Assembly: GCA_043756865.1 (NCBI GenBank)
Contig: JAYUQG010000030.1
Coordinates: 30,703 to 94,702 of the forward strand
Direction of reading: 5' to 3'
Length of the DNA stretch: 64,000 bases
Source of the DNA: a bacterium
GTDB lineage: Bacteria; Patescibacteriota; Minisyncoccia; Phycocordibacterales; UBA6899
Below the pieces are notes generated by a model that was given only the letters and a program-made list of their open reading frames with translations, searched no databases and was not told the DNA's origin. Positions within the stretch are counted from its first letter, which is position 1, and each line of letters opens with the position of its first letter. Position numbers and translations under genes: made by a program. This document shows, piece by piece, positions 28,120 to 38,528 of the stretch.

Positions 28120-29340
28120 CTATGTGGGTGCAAAAATCTTTTTTGCTTTTTCGACGCCGAGCACCAATGCGTCAACATCCTCTCTTGTGTTGTAAATATG
28201 AAAACTGGCGCGCAAGGTGGCGGGAATGCCAAGCGCAGTATGCACCGGTATTGCACAGTGGTGCCCCGGACGCACAGCGACGTTGTCACGTGCAAGGATT
28301 TCGGCGATATCGTGCGGGTGAGCAAAGTCTGCTGCGAAACTTACAATGCCCACATTCTTTGCTGGGTCGCAGGGAGAAAACACTTTTATTCCTTTTATTT
28401 GCTCAAGTCGGTGAATGGCATAAAATGCGAGTGTTGCATTGTGCTTATGGATTGCAGGGAGTCCGATGTCGTTTATATAATCAGTCGCCGCGCCTAGGCC
28501 GATTGCTCCGCCAATATCTTTAGTGCCAGCCTCAAATCGCTCAGGAATAGGAGCCCACGTCGACTTACCTTCTTCGATATGCGCAACCATGTGTCCCCCG
28601 AATGCTGCCGGCTCGAGTGTTTCAAGCAGTGGCATGGTGACCCACAATGCGCCAATACCTGTCGGTGCAAACATTTTATGTCCAGAAAAATAAAGCGCGT
28701 CTGCACCAAGTGCGGTCACACTTACAGGTATATGTCCCATTGCCGCAGTCGCATCAACCACAACAATTGCGCCATGTTGGTGAGCGAAATCTGCAATACG
28801 ACGCACGTCATTTATTGTACCCGTGACATTTGAAGCAAGAATAATCCCAACAATAGCGGTGTCGGACGTGATGAGTGTTTCTGCTTTTGCGTAAGCAAGC
28901 TCCATCTCCACTATGGGAATTATCCGCAACTCCAACCCCGCACGCTTCGCGAGCTGCTCTAGTGGCAAGAGTGAACCATGGTGTTCCATTGCAGTAGTGA
29001 CAATATTCGTTTTTCCTTTTAGCTTTCCTGATTCTTCAAGCATGCGCATGAACATATTTGAGGAGTCCGTTGCCCCCGCAGTAAACAGGACCTCACTTCC
29101 AGAGGTGGCGCCGATAAAGCGAGCGATTTTTTGCCTTGAATCCTCGTACATCTCCGTGGCACGCACCGCCTCTTTAAACATCCCACGGTGCACATTTGCT
29201 CGTGCTGTTTCATAATATGCGCGCACCGCTTCCAATACGGGTGTGGGGGTAAGCGAAGTTGCCGCAGCATCGAGATAGTGAAATGCTTCGGTTGTTCCGT
29301 ATTGCGGAAAATCTCCACGGATGTGCTTTATGTCTTTCAT
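28120..29340 (-). CDS. sufS: cysteine desulfurase SufS (class V aminotransferase)
   Basis: PLP-lysine motif FSGHKMFAPTGIGAL and the catalytic Cys region GHHCA. Confidence 0.9.
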   Translation of the reverse strand: MKDIKHIRGDFPQYGTTEAFHYLDAAATSLTPTPVLEAVRAYYETARANVHRGMFKEAVRATEMYEDSRQKIARFIGATSGSEVLFTAGATDSSNMFMRMLEESGKLKGKTNIVTTAMEHHGSLLPLEQLAKRAGLELRIIPIVEMELAYAKAETLITSDTAIVGIILASNVTGTINDVRRIADFAHQHGAIVVVDATAAMGHIPVSVTALGADALYFSGHKMFAPTGIGALWVTMPLLETLEPAAFGGHMVAHIEEGKSTWAPIPERFEAGTKDIGGAIGLGAATDYINDIGLPAIHKHNATLAFYAIHRLEQIKGIKVFSPCDPAKNVGIVSFAADFAHPHDIAEILARDNVAVRPGHHCAIPVHTALGIPATLRASFHIYNTREDVDALVLGVEKAKKIFAPT

Positions 29341-30545
29341 AGAGTGGTGGTTTCTATGCGTTGGCTCTGGAGCGTGGCGAGCTTTTCAGTGACCTGCAAC
29401 ATAATGTCGGTGTTTGCGTCACCCACAAATGCCTGAGCAAAATGTCCCTCCAAGAAGAGCGCGCGACTTTCATCATCAGAAAGCCCCCGTAATTTCGGAT
29501 AGAATATATCCCCATCACGAATATGTGAGATTGATAGCTTGTGGGCACAAGTCACGTCATTGGACGCTATGTCGAGTGCAGGTATCGCATCAACTTTAGC
29601 CCCTTTGGAAAGTACGAGGAATCTTCCGTCTTGTGCTCCCACTACCTTGTGTACTCCTTCTTTCATGTCGACGAGTCCGCGATAGAGAGTGCGCGAAGTG
29701 TCGCATGCAATGCCCGCAGTACGAATCGACGAGTGTGTATCATCGGCGAGGTGTCGTGCAGAAACTTCAATGTCGTGAATGGCATGCGCCTCACCTACTA
29801 CCCCTTGCAGTACGGTCGCACGAGCACCCACACCAATCAGAAGGCTTTCATTTATCGTTGAAGTGAGTGCGTCACCAGAGAAAATCTCTCTCCATGTCAC
29901 TTTGGAGTTTCCTGCGACAATTGCGCGGGCAGACTTCATGAGCATCCCGCCCGTAGCAAGATTCGTGCCCTCAGTTATCCGCACCTGGGTATCCCGCTCA
30001 GTCACCACCACCAATGTCCTTGAAAACACACTTCCCTCACCTCCTCCCGTCACATTGCTAACCAAATCAAGTTTGGCGCCTTCTTTGAGAATGACCACAA
30101 CGATATCTGCGCCAGAAGTTGTCGGAACCATTGTATCGAGCACGAGACGCTCTTCAATAAACGTGTCATCGATCGCCATATTGGGTTGTACATAAACCAC
30201 AATCCCTGAGGCGAAGCATGCTTGTCCGAATGCGCGAAAGTGATCACCCGCAATCGGAAAAAATTCACTATTAAGCAGTCCGTTAAGCACGGGCACGATT
30301 TCTTCCTGTGTGACCGCCTCCTTCCACGTATAGAGCTCTAACCCCTTGGATGCATCGACATGGTACTGTGCCACTCCCGCGTAGTCTGGTTCAGATTCAG
30401 GAAATAGTGCAGTTATCGCGATGCCATGCTTAATAGCCTTTGGCAGTATGCCTGCATCAACAAAGCGTTTTTCTCTCCACGACAAAAGCCAATCGGGTTC
30501 AGCGAGGGTTTGGGAGATATCTTTTATGTGTGCGTTGTTTGACAA
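29337..30545 (-). CDS. sufD: Fe-S cluster assembly protein SufD
   Basis: 402 aa with a SufB/SufD-family beta-helix core, lacking the SufB Cys motif. Overlaps sufS by 4 bp. Confidence 0.8.
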   Translation of the reverse strand: MSNNAHIKDISQTLAEPDWLLSWREKRFVDAGILPKAIKHGIAITALFPESEPDYAGVAQYHVDASKGLELYTWKEAVTQEEIVPVLNGLLNSEFFPIAGDHFRAFGQACFASGIVVYVQPNMAIDDTFIEERLVLDTMVPTTSGADIVVVILKEGAKLDLVSNVTGGGEGSVFSRTLVVVTERDTQVRITEGTNLATGGMLMKSARAIVAGNSKVTWREIFSGDALTSTINESLLIGVGARATVLQGVVGEAHAIHDIEVSARHLADDTHSSIRTAGIACDTSRTLYRGLVDMKEGVHKVVGAQDGRFLVLSKGAKVDAIPALDIASNDVTCAHKLSISHIRDGDIFYPKLRGLSDDESRALFLEGHFAQAFVGDANTDIMLQVTEKLATLQSQRIETTTL

Positions 30546-30597
30546 TGTGAAAAAAATATACTATATTATGCTCGGACTGTAAACCCCATACGAAAGG

Positions 30598-30855
30598 TTG
30601 GAAATGCACACACTCTTCGCAGCCCTTGCAGCTGTACTCGCCCTTGTGGTCGGATGGTGGCTCCTCGGAAAAGTCATTGTCGTCGGCGCGCTAGGTGCCG
30701 GTGTTTTCTTTCTCTTCTGGAAGAAGACGCTCATCCCCGCAGGCATTGCCTTCGGAGTTGCTGCATTCTTTCTCTTTGGTTTTTGGCTTTGCGTGATCAC
30801 CGTGGGCGCTTTCAGTGCAGCTCACTTTATCAGCGGAAACCGCAGTGGGAACTGA
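30598..30855 (+). CDS. possible small two-TM membrane protein in the sufB-sufD gap
   Basis: 85-aa ORF, strongly hydrophobic, with a weak SD; lies antisense between sufD and sufB and may be spurious. Confidence 0.25.
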   Translation: MEMHTLFAALAAVLALVVGWWLLGKVIVVGALGAGVFFLFWKKTLIPAGIAFGVAAFFLFGFWLCVITVGAFSAAHFISGNRSGN

Positions 30856-31170
30856 ACGCACCGCACACAATAGGGTTGTCGTCATAAAGTCTTGGCGCAA
30901 GCACGGCAACGGCGCAAAAGGTGGCGGACGACAAGGCTCCACCGGCAAGAAAGGTCAAATCTTTCAAGTCGCTACTGACGGCACACGGACTGCACTCAAA
31001 CTCAGCAAGGATGCTGACACACTGACGGGTGCGACATTCGCAGACCTTTCGCGCAAGCTGCGCGGCACGGGACTGATTCCCCGACATGTCGCATTGAATT
31101 CCCGCGGCGATACACACTTCTAACCAGCACAAACACCATCCTTCGGGTGGTGTTTTCTTTTTCTCAATAT

Positions 31171-32529
31171 CTAACCTACAGAATCTTCCATTTCGAGCTC
31201 AATCAATTTATTTAACTCAACCGCATACTCGAGTGGGAGTGCCTTTATGATCGGTTCCATGAACCCACCCACAATCAATCGCAGTGCTTCTTCTTCAGAA
31301 TATCCTCGTGTTTTTAAATAAAATACTTCTTGCTCACCGATCCGCCCGACCCGCGCTTCGTGAGAAAGGTCGGAGTGTGCGTTTTCGTTCTTGATGGAAG
31401 GATAGGTATTCGACACCGAGGCATCGTCTAGGATAAGTGCATCACAAGAAACCGACGAAGAGGCATTTTCCGCCCCCGGCAATATACGCACGAATCCGCG
31501 ATAGTTTGAAACTCCCCCACCTTTTGAAACAGACTTTGAGCGAATCACGGATACCGTGTCAGGTGCCATGTGTATGGCTTTACTTCCCGTGTCCTGCACC
31601 TGCCCCGCGTTTGCCATGACGATTCCCAACGAGTCACTACGCGCACCGCGCTCAAGTAATACTGACGAGGGGTACAGCATCGTTGCGCGCGATCCCATAT
31701 TGCCGTTCACCCATTCCACATGTCCGCGCTCAAACACCAATGCCTTTTTTGTATTTAAGTTGTAGGTATTCTTGGACCAGTTCTCGACACTGATGTATTT
31801 CACCCGCGCGTTTTTCTTTACCCAAAGTTCAACACATCCCGCGTGCAGTGATGATTCTGTATATTGCGGAGCAGAACACCCTTCTATGTAGGTAATCTCG
31901 GCGCCTTCGTCTGCGATAATGAGCGTGTGTTCAAATTGTGCAGAGCGTGCTTTATTCATGCGAAAATACGCCTGAAGAGGAAGCTCCACTGAAACACCCT
32001 TGGGCACATAAATGAATGTACCCCCACTCCACACTGCCGCGTGGAGCATGGTGAACTTGTGGTCGGTAATAGGCACGCACTTTGTCATGAAGTGTTCTTT
32101 GACTAAATCAGGATATTTTTCGAGTGCAACATCCATGTTCTCAAATATCACTCCTTTCTTCGCGAGCGAATCTTGGATGCGGTGATACACAATACCCGAA
32201 TCAAACTGCGCACCAACTCCGCCCAAGTAATCACGTTCCGCTTTAGGAATTCCCAGCTTTTCAAACGTATCACTTATTTCTTTGGGAAGTGCTTTCCAGT
32301 CATCTGTTTCTTTTACATTCGGGTCGACATAGTAGGTCATGCCATCCAAATCGAGTCCTGAAAGGTCCGGACCCCAGTTCGGCATAGGGGTTACCTTCCA
32401 CAGCGCGAGCGCGCGAAGACGAAGCTCGAGCATCCACTCGGGTTCTTTTTTTGTAGCAGAAATCTGACGTACCAACGCCTCGTCGGGGCCAAACCGCTCA
32501 TGATAGGTTATTTTTGCATTTCCCTGCAT
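31171..32529 (-). CDS. sufB: Fe-S cluster assembly protein SufB
   Basis: 452 aa with the full SufB signature including ...IEGCSAP... and the C-terminal beta-helix. Confidence 0.95.
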   Translation of the reverse strand: MQGNAKITYHERFGPDEALVRQISATKKEPEWMLELRLRALALWKVTPMPNWGPDLSGLDLDGMTYYVDPNVKETDDWKALPKEISDTFEKLGIPKAERDYLGGVGAQFDSGIVYHRIQDSLAKKGVIFENMDVALEKYPDLVKEHFMTKCVPITDHKFTMLHAAVWSGGTFIYVPKGVSVELPLQAYFRMNKARSAQFEHTLIIADEGAEITYIEGCSAPQYTESSLHAGCVELWVKKNARVKYISVENWSKNTYNLNTKKALVFERGHVEWVNGNMGSRATMLYPSSVLLERGARSDSLGIVMANAGQVQDTGSKAIHMAPDTVSVIRSKSVSKGGGVSNYRGFVRILPGAENASSSVSCDALILDDASVSNTYPSIKNENAHSDLSHEARVGRIGEQEVFYLKTRGYSEEEALRLIVGGFMEPIIKALPLEYAVELNKLIELEMEDSVG

Positions 32530-32595
32530 AGGTCTTGACAGTATAGATAAATATTGTGTTTATGCAAGTCTGGCACCCTCGCACGAGCGTGCTAC

Positions 32596-32624
32596 TTGAA
32601 ACTTTGGTGTGCGTTCTCTATAAT
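32596..32624 (+). promoter_or_regulatory. sigma70-type promoter (TTGAAA-17 nt-TATAAT) for gene 32664..32966
   Basis: TTGAAA at 32596..32601, a 17-nt spacer, TATAAT at 32619..32624, an AAGGGA SD and an ATG at 32664. Confidence 0.45.
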
Positions 32625-32663
32625 CGCCCGAGGTCACCGTTTTAGAACACAAGGGAAATCGTA

Positions 32664-32966
32664 ATGCCAGCCAAACGTGGAATTCGAAAAGAAGACAGCA
32701 TCGCTAATCACCTCGCACACACACTCGTCCTCGAGGGGCAGCGCGTACTAGAGGAATACCGCAACTACCTCAAGCAGCTTCCAGAGCTGGTGAGCCAACA
32801 GTCGCAGGCGCGCATCGCTCTGCATACATGGGAAGCCTACGTCACAAGACTCGCCCTTGCATCACTTTCAGGTGAGGATACACTCGTCATCATTGCTGAC
32901 TTCAACCGGCGTTACGTTTTTCCACATCGCGCGGAACAGAACAAATATCGTGAAAGTCTCGGTTAA
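32664..32966 (+). CDS. hypothetical protein
   Basis: 100-aa ORF with a promoter-like sequence and SD; followed by a bidirectional terminator at 33031..33059. Confidence 0.4.
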   Translation: MPAKRGIRKEDSIANHLAHTLVLEGQRVLEEYRNYLKQLPELVSQQSQARIALHTWEAYVTRLALASLSGEDTLVIIADFNRRYVFPHRAEQNKYRESLG

Positions 32967-33030
32967 GCTCAATCGACACCTAGGTGTCGATTTTTGTTAT
33001 ATGCGCGTGGTACAGATATAAAATAGATGT

Positions 33031-33059
33031 AAAAAAGCCCGTCGGAGACGGGCTTTTTT
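33031..33059. terminator. bidirectional rho-independent terminator
   Basis: AAAAAA-gcccgtcggagacgggc-TTTTTT. Confidence 0.8.
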
Positions 33060-33159
33060 AAATTGAGGTGATGAATCACCTCGATGGATATACTATACTC
33101 TTTTAAATTTTGATTGCAAGGGGAAATATTTAATGAAACACAATACGGAAATACGTCAA

Positions 33160-33729
33160 TCATATTACCTTGAGGCGTCGTAGCTCCCAAAAACATTTTG
33201 CGGTAGCCCCTATATCCACTGAGGCATCATGTGCCTCATCGAAGCCAACGCCAAATAATTTTTGGTGGAGCTCAAAAAGTTTTGGCCATTTGTAGCCATA
33301 CTGACCCTCAAGTGCGCAATATTCCGTTGCGCTTTGCATGGTACAAATCTTCTTCTTCCCGTCTACAGGATTACCGAGTCCTGCGCGGAGAAATTCTGCA
33401 CCTGCAATCTTTTCATCAAAGCTCATATTGTGTGCAACAAGATAGTCAGAAGCATTTATGAGTGCGCCAAACTCATCGAGTACCTCTCTGAGCGGTCTTC
33501 CCTCTCCCAGTGCACGCTCTGTCGTGATGCGGTGAATGCGCGAAGCTTCAGCTGGTATTTCAAAGCCGTCGGGGCGGATAATGGCACTGAAATCGCCCAT
33601 TTTATTCCCCGCATCATCAAACTGAAGTGCGGCAATCTGCACCAGCCTTGGCCAATTATTTATGTCAGTGACGGGAGCTTTCCAAGAACGCGGGAGACCT
33701 GTTGTTTCTGTGTCGAAAAAGAGATACAT
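33160..33729 (-). CDS. DEDDh 3'-5' exonuclease (DNA polymerase III epsilon-like)
   Basis: Exo I FFDTETTG, Exo II VAHNMSFD, Exo III HDASVD. Confidence 0.8.
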   Translation of the reverse strand: MYLFFDTETTGLPRSWKAPVTDINNWPRLVQIAALQFDDAGNKMGDFSAIIRPDGFEIPAEASRIHRITTERALGEGRPLREVLDEFGALINASDYLVAHNMSFDEKIAGAEFLRAGLGNPVDGKKKICTMQSATEYCALEGQYGYKWPKLFELHQKLFGVGFDEAHDASVDIGATAKCFWELRRLKVI

Positions 33730-33753
33730 AAGAAGTGATAATTTTTAATTGTG

Positions 33754-34584
33754 CTATTGCAACTTTGTAATTCGCACCTGACGTATATGGATAGTATTAT
33801 CTAAGGCAATGTCAGGATGACGGTACATACCTGCCTTCATATAGTGCTGAAACGCATTCAGCATATTCGGACCCTTCATGTCCACCCATGCCTCTTTATT
33901 GTCATCAATGAAGACTCTGGCCCGTCCGTTATTATCTTGTGACCAGGTGACCTCGAGCGTGATCTTGTACCATTTATTTTTTGAAATAGGTAAACCGCGC
34001 TCTTGGCGTTCACCCACTCCGTATGTAAAACCGATCATATCAGTGTTGTTCAAATATCCGTATCCAATAACGATTGGAGCACTCTGACCAATACCTGCAT
34101 ATGTGTCCCACGTTTCCCCTTTTGTGCGGTCAGGTTGGTCATGCCAGTCTGCCAGCACCCACCATCGGTTTGCTGGAGTATCACTTTGGAAATCTTCCGG
34201 AATCCTGAATTGCCACGAATAGCGCACTGTCTCTCCTTCTTGATATGGATAATCAATAGAAATTTCCGAACGAACGCCGTTGTTCTTTTTGGGTTGTCCT
34301 GTGAATAAGTGTAGTGCCAAGAATGGCCCCCCCTCATCACTGGACGTACTGACGTTCTCAAGCCCTGCCAGCTCAAGGAAAGAAAAATTAAAAAGACTAG
34401 AATCCACCGCGGACTGCAAGTACAAAAGTTCAAGTGCACGTAATCCCTCTGGTGTGGTCGGGAGAGACACTCCACCCACCGTTTGATTGCTGACTTCACT
34501 ATTCTTTGCGGAAGCTAAAAACACAACGGCCCCCACAAAGAGCGCCAGCAATAGCGCCCAACCCATAAGACGTTTAACTTTCAT
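33754..34584 (-). CDS. secreted polysaccharide-lyase-family-7-like (alginate-lyase-type) protein
   Basis: Signal peptide, then motifs resembling PL7 RSEL.., QIH-like and YMKAGMY (compare YFKAGVY); assignment tentative. Confidence 0.4.
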   Translation of the reverse strand: MKVKRLMGWALLLALFVGAVVFLASAKNSEVSNQTVGGVSLPTTPEGLRALELLYLQSAVDSSLFNFSFLELAGLENVSTSSDEGGPFLALHLFTGQPKKNNGVRSEISIDYPYQEGETVRYSWQFRIPEDFQSDTPANRWWVLADWHDQPDRTKGETWDTYAGIGQSAPIVIGYGYLNNTDMIGFTYGVGERQERGLPISKNKWYKITLEVTWSQDNNGRARVFIDDNKEAWVDMKGPNMLNAFQHYMKAGMYRHPDIALDNTIHIRQVRITKLQ

Positions 34585-34858
34585 GATTCAACAAGTATAG
34601 CGACAACACACATGGCCGTCACTATGGTAAGGGTATACAGCGGACATTTTGCATTACACTATAACAACAACTGTTTGCTTTTGTTGCACTCAGGTGATGC
34701 GGAACAAAAATATGCTTATCGAGATGTAGAAAAGCCCGCGCGATGCGCGAGCTTTTGATTAGTACCGAACGAATCGGTACATAATGAATATGCACCTGCT
34801 CCACATATGCGCAAGAGCAAATTGTCATCACAAAAAACAGTTTTGTCAACAATAATAG

Positions 34859-35152
34859 TTAATTCATCGTTTCTCTGCGATATGTTTGTTCAAGTTTTTG
34901 TCGCAGGGCGCGAGCCTCTGGATCATTGGAGATCGCGATTGCCGTATCGAGGTCAGATAGTATTCCGTCAAGTTGTTCGGCAGATTGTATGTCATATCGG
35001 TCTACAAACTCCTTCACTTCGTGCATAATATCTTCTGCAACGGCGCGCGGTGCGGCATTCACACCATAAAAGCGTGGGGTGCGACGCGATGCAGAGATGT
35101 CTTCGTTGAATGCTTCCGGTGTTTTTGTTACTGGAGTAGGTTCTTGTTCCAT
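34859..35152 (-). CDS. small acidic hypothetical protein (paralog of 45735..46040)
   Basis: 97 aa. Its C-terminal segment LDTAIAISNDPEARALRQKLEQTY aligns with LNTAIAINNEPYARELRQRLLERY of ORF 45735..46040. Confidence 0.45.
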   Translation of the reverse strand: MEQEPTPVTKTPEAFNEDISASRRTPRFYGVNAAPRAVAEDIMHEVKEFVDRYDIQSAEQLDGILSDLDTAIAISNDPEARALRQKLEQTYRRETMN

Positions 35153-35278
35153 TGCTATAGACTACACAAAAGTACTTAACTTCTCAATACAAAAGCTGTG
35201 GAGTATGTTTGACAGTTGGGTACTTTTGCAGTATTTTGTTCGCTAGGTGTTTCGTTCCCAACCACAAGGAGATCGCAA

Positions 35279-36166
35279 ATGAGCGATAACAGAGATTCTG
35301 ACTACCCACGCTTCGTTACCTGCACCGGTTGCGGAGAGCACGGCTACTTCCGAATGAACGGCAAAAAGACACCGGATGTCGATTCCAAGGAAGAAGGTCG
35401 CGCACTGCTCGATGCGTCCATCACCAGTGGTGAGATTTCTGAAGTAGACAAGTCCGTCCTCTTGCCGCTGCTTGAGGCATCACCCATACCAGAAGTGAGC
35501 GAGAGCGACGACTTGACAAACGAAAAAGCAATTGCGCAAATGTTTTCATCGGTGTTTCCATCGGTGGATGAATTCATTGAGATGCTGATGGGTGGTGGTA
35601 TCCCCGAACGCGAAGATGCGCCAGGTGTAGCAACAATGTTCGCCGCGGGCTTTCGGATGGCGCCGGATACTCTAGGCGAAGTTCCGCATGGTTCCTTCTA
35701 TACGCAGCACGAAGAAATCCTCCCCGTTGTGTTCTCCAAGAACGACGGACGGGTGATGCTCGAGAATGCGAAAGTAATGGAGATGGCTGACGAGGAAACG
35801 CTCGCGCAACTCTTGACCGACCTGGAAGCCTCTTCCCTCCCTGGTGAGCGTCCGAAGTACTCGGAGTTTCTCGCAAAGCGTGAGGGAACGCCGGAAGCTT
35901 TGGACGGTGCATGTCTTGTGGTGTGTGATTGCGGAAGCCCCATCACCCATGCGTACTACTGCATAAATGATGAGGAAGTCTCGCTGTCTATCGCCTCGAA
36001 GCGTGAAGGCCGCCACGAACTCTTCTCCTTGATGGAAGAAGGGCAAATCAGCCACTACGTCCACGCAGCACTACTCGTAGGACTCGAGGAATCCAGCTTT
36101 CCCGACGAACCCCCCACTCCGACAGACCGCACACCGCCGAACGAAGCGAGCGCCCTCTTTCACTGA
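35279..36166 (+). CDS. hypothetical acidic protein
   Basis: ATG at 35279 with an AAGGAGA SD, strong C-ending codon bias and a terminator at ~36170..36195. Confidence 0.45.
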   Translation: MSDNRDSDYPRFVTCTGCGEHGYFRMNGKKTPDVDSKEEGRALLDASITSGEISEVDKSVLLPLLEASPIPEVSESDDLTNEKAIAQMFSSVFPSVDEFIEMLMGGGIPEREDAPGVATMFAAGFRMAPDTLGEVPHGSFYTQHEEILPVVFSKNDGRVMLENAKVMEMADEETLAQLLTDLEASSLPGERPKYSEFLAKREGTPEALDGACLVVCDCGSPITHAYYCINDEEVSLSIASKREGRHELFSLMEEGQISHYVHAALLVGLEESSFPDEPPTPTDRTPPNEASALFH

Positions 36167-36297
36167 AACAAAACTCCCTTGGTGGAGTTTTTTTATACTG
36201 CAAAAAATAGTGATGTGCATTTTTGACATTTCGTTCATGTATGGTAATTTTTAAGTAGCATGAACCTTGAGCATCGCGCTCGGAAAAGGAAAAAGAA

Positions 36298-36759
36298 GTG
36301 GACATTATCGGGAATGCACCCTATCCCGCTTCGGCGCTTTCAAACTTTGCACCACACTACTTCGTATTTGAAGGAGTACCGTGTGCATCCATGGAAGGAC
36401 TGTTGCAGTCATTCAAAGAAGAGGACAGTGGCGCGCAACAGCGCGCTTGCCTGCTTGTCGGACTTACTGCTAAGAAGCATGGCCAGCAAAGAAACACCAT
36501 CTGGAAACAAGCGCAGCGTCTGTGGTGGAAAGGTATTGGCTACCCGCGACACGGAACCGCGTATCAGGACTTACTCGACAGAGCGTTCGTAGCACTCTTT
36601 AGCAACGTCGACTTCCGCAATGCGTTGCTCCTCACCGGAAATGAGCTACTCACGCACTCGATTGGTAACCATGATCTGAGAGAAACCGTGCTGACCGAAA
36701 CTGAATTCTGCTCGCGACTACTCCTGTTGCGCTCACGACTTTCACAGAGCGGACCATAA
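36298..36759 (+). CDS. NADAR-domain (YbiA/DUF1768-like) protein
   Basis: Motifs LSNFAP..F.FEG..C.S.E...Q..K and LLLTGNELL resemble the NADAR family; alternative start codon; terminator at 36761..36789. Confidence 0.45.
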   Translation: MDIIGNAPYPASALSNFAPHYFVFEGVPCASMEGLLQSFKEEDSGAQQRACLLVGLTAKKHGQQRNTIWKQAQRLWWKGIGYPRHGTAYQDLLDRAFVALFSNVDFRNALLLTGNELLTHSIGNHDLRETVLTETEFCSRLLLLRSRLSQSGP

Positions 36760-36865
36760 ACCCACGAAACTTACTACGTGGGTTTTTTTATATAAATTTG
36801 ACTTTTTTCATTATTTGTGATACAAAAATGCTAGCGTCATACACCCACTACGAAAGGCTCTTCTC

Positions 36866-37342
36866 ATGAATGCTCAGACTGTTTCCCGCACACTTGCTCC
36901 AAAGCTCGTGCGTCCCGTCGTCATCGTCAACGGCCTTATCGGTTATCCGCATGTGTTCGGCACGGACTACGAGCGTGGCGCTGAACACAATGCCGTCCGC
37001 GCACTTCTCGCGCGTGGCTTCACGACATCTGGGCTCACTGTTTCAAAATATGCTTCTGTGCAGCGCCTCTACGTCATTGCGCCACCCGATTTTGACGCTG
37101 ATGTGTACCAGCGGCATATGCAAGACATTGCCGATGGCGCAACTGTCCTCGGTGCTGAATGTGGATTTACGCAGTTCTTGTGTGGTCTCACCTACGACGC
37201 CGGTGCCCAGTCTGGCCCGCATGGCAACGCAGATGCGTGGCTCGATTTCACGCAGACAGGCAATGTCCAAAACGCCGTGTTCTGGTCATTTAACGCACAG
37301 ACAATGGGCGCCCTGCTATCCGCGCTCCGACGTCTCGACTAA
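36866..37342 (+). CDS. hypothetical protein
   Basis: 158-aa ORF with an SD-like GAAAGG, followed by terminator 37364..37385. Confidence 0.4.
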   Translation: MNAQTVSRTLAPKLVRPVVIVNGLIGYPHVFGTDYERGAEHNAVRALLARGFTTSGLTVSKYASVQRLYVIAPPDFDADVYQRHMQDIADGATVLGAECGFTQFLCGLTYDAGAQSGPHGNADAWLDFTQTGNVQNAVFWSFNAQTMGALLSALRRLD

Positions 37343-37438
37343 CGACATCGCGCACGACAACATCCCGCTTTGAGCGGGGTTTTTATTTACACTTTTTTAT
37401 TCGCACGAACAGTACAGTGTGCGCTATACTATTTCCCA

Positions 37439-37864
37439 ATGAATAAGAAATCATTTCTTGCCTCACTCCGCGAAGTCTACTGCAGACTGGGTGTGACGAA
37501 ACATGGCGTCGGGGTTATTGCAATCCGCAAGATTCCCAAAGGTACTGACCCATTCAAAAATGCTGACCCCATGGGCGATGTGCTCCGTATCCCCAAAAAT
37601 GAGTTCGATGCATTTGCGGCCCCCGAAGAAGCAAAAGCAATGGTGCGTGACTTCTGTGCACTGCAGAACGGGGTGTATTACGTACCTAACTATGGAATTG
37701 ACGCACTCACAAAGTTTTATTTTCTCAATCACTCCAAGCGCCCAAACTTGACGACTCCTGATAAGGGTGAAACTTTTCTTGCCATGCGCGCAATTAGCGC
37801 AGGAGAGGAGCTTACCGCAGATTACGGTACATATCACGAAACTGATCATTTTGTGCGTAAGTAA
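37439..37864 (+). CDS. SET-domain protein (putative lysine methyltransferase)
   Basis: GVGVIAIRKIPKGT, NHSKRPN (the NHSC.PN-like motif) and GEELTADYG (ELxxDY); start at MNKKSF. Confidence 0.7.
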   Translation: MNKKSFLASLREVYCRLGVTKHGVGVIAIRKIPKGTDPFKNADPMGDVLRIPKNEFDAFAAPEEAKAMVRDFCALQNGVYYVPNYGIDALTKFYFLNHSKRPNLTTPDKGETFLAMRAISAGEELTADYGTYHETDHFVRK

Positions 37865-38294
37865 ATAGCATCCTTTCAGCATCCCTCTTGTACTTCGTCC
37901 GTGTTTCCAGATAAAAGTGGCAGAGTTAGACTATTTTATTTTTAATGACTGCCCACACTGCTCTTCACCTTTGCTTCGCACAACGCGCCCAACTCAGGAT
38001 AATGCCCGACAAACCGAGCGCAATGCTTTCAGATATTGAGCTGACTATCCGTACACTCAAACGGTCAGTGCCCTTCCCGTGTACCAAGGATGGTCACGAG
38101 TTGCGATATATTTCACGTGGAATACACCGCGGAAAATTTTGAGTGTCGCTTTTGGTCAATTACAAAAAATAAGTACACAGACAGAAGATCCCGTGCGGCA
38201 TCTGCGAAACTCAGGTTCTACACACGCCATACGCGTGTGTACTTCCGCAAACAAGTAACAACCGCACTTCATGCGGTTTTTTGTTGGCTAAAAA

Positions 38295-38528
38295 TTATTT
38301 GTAAGTACGACTGATAGTCTCGAGGTAGAGCCCCTCTACTTTCTCACGTGCCCACGGAGTTTTGCGGAGAAATGTGAGACTTGAAGTGACGCTCGGATTT
38401 AGCAAAAAACACTTAATTTTGATACGACGCCCAAGCTCTTCCCAGCCGTACTGCTCGACAAGATACTCCATTATAAATTTTAGAGTTTTGCCGTGGAGTG
38501 GATTATTTGGCTGCGGGTGCATGTGCAA
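38295..38528 (-). CDS. DUF2132 (VF530-like) small conserved protein
   Basis: [24 protein letters not shown]...[21 protein letters not shown] matches the family consensus. Confidence 0.6.
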   Translation of the reverse strand: MHMHPQPNNPLHGKTLKFIMEYLVEQYGWEELGRRIKIKCFLLNPSVTSSLTFLRKTPWAREKVEGLYLETISRTYK

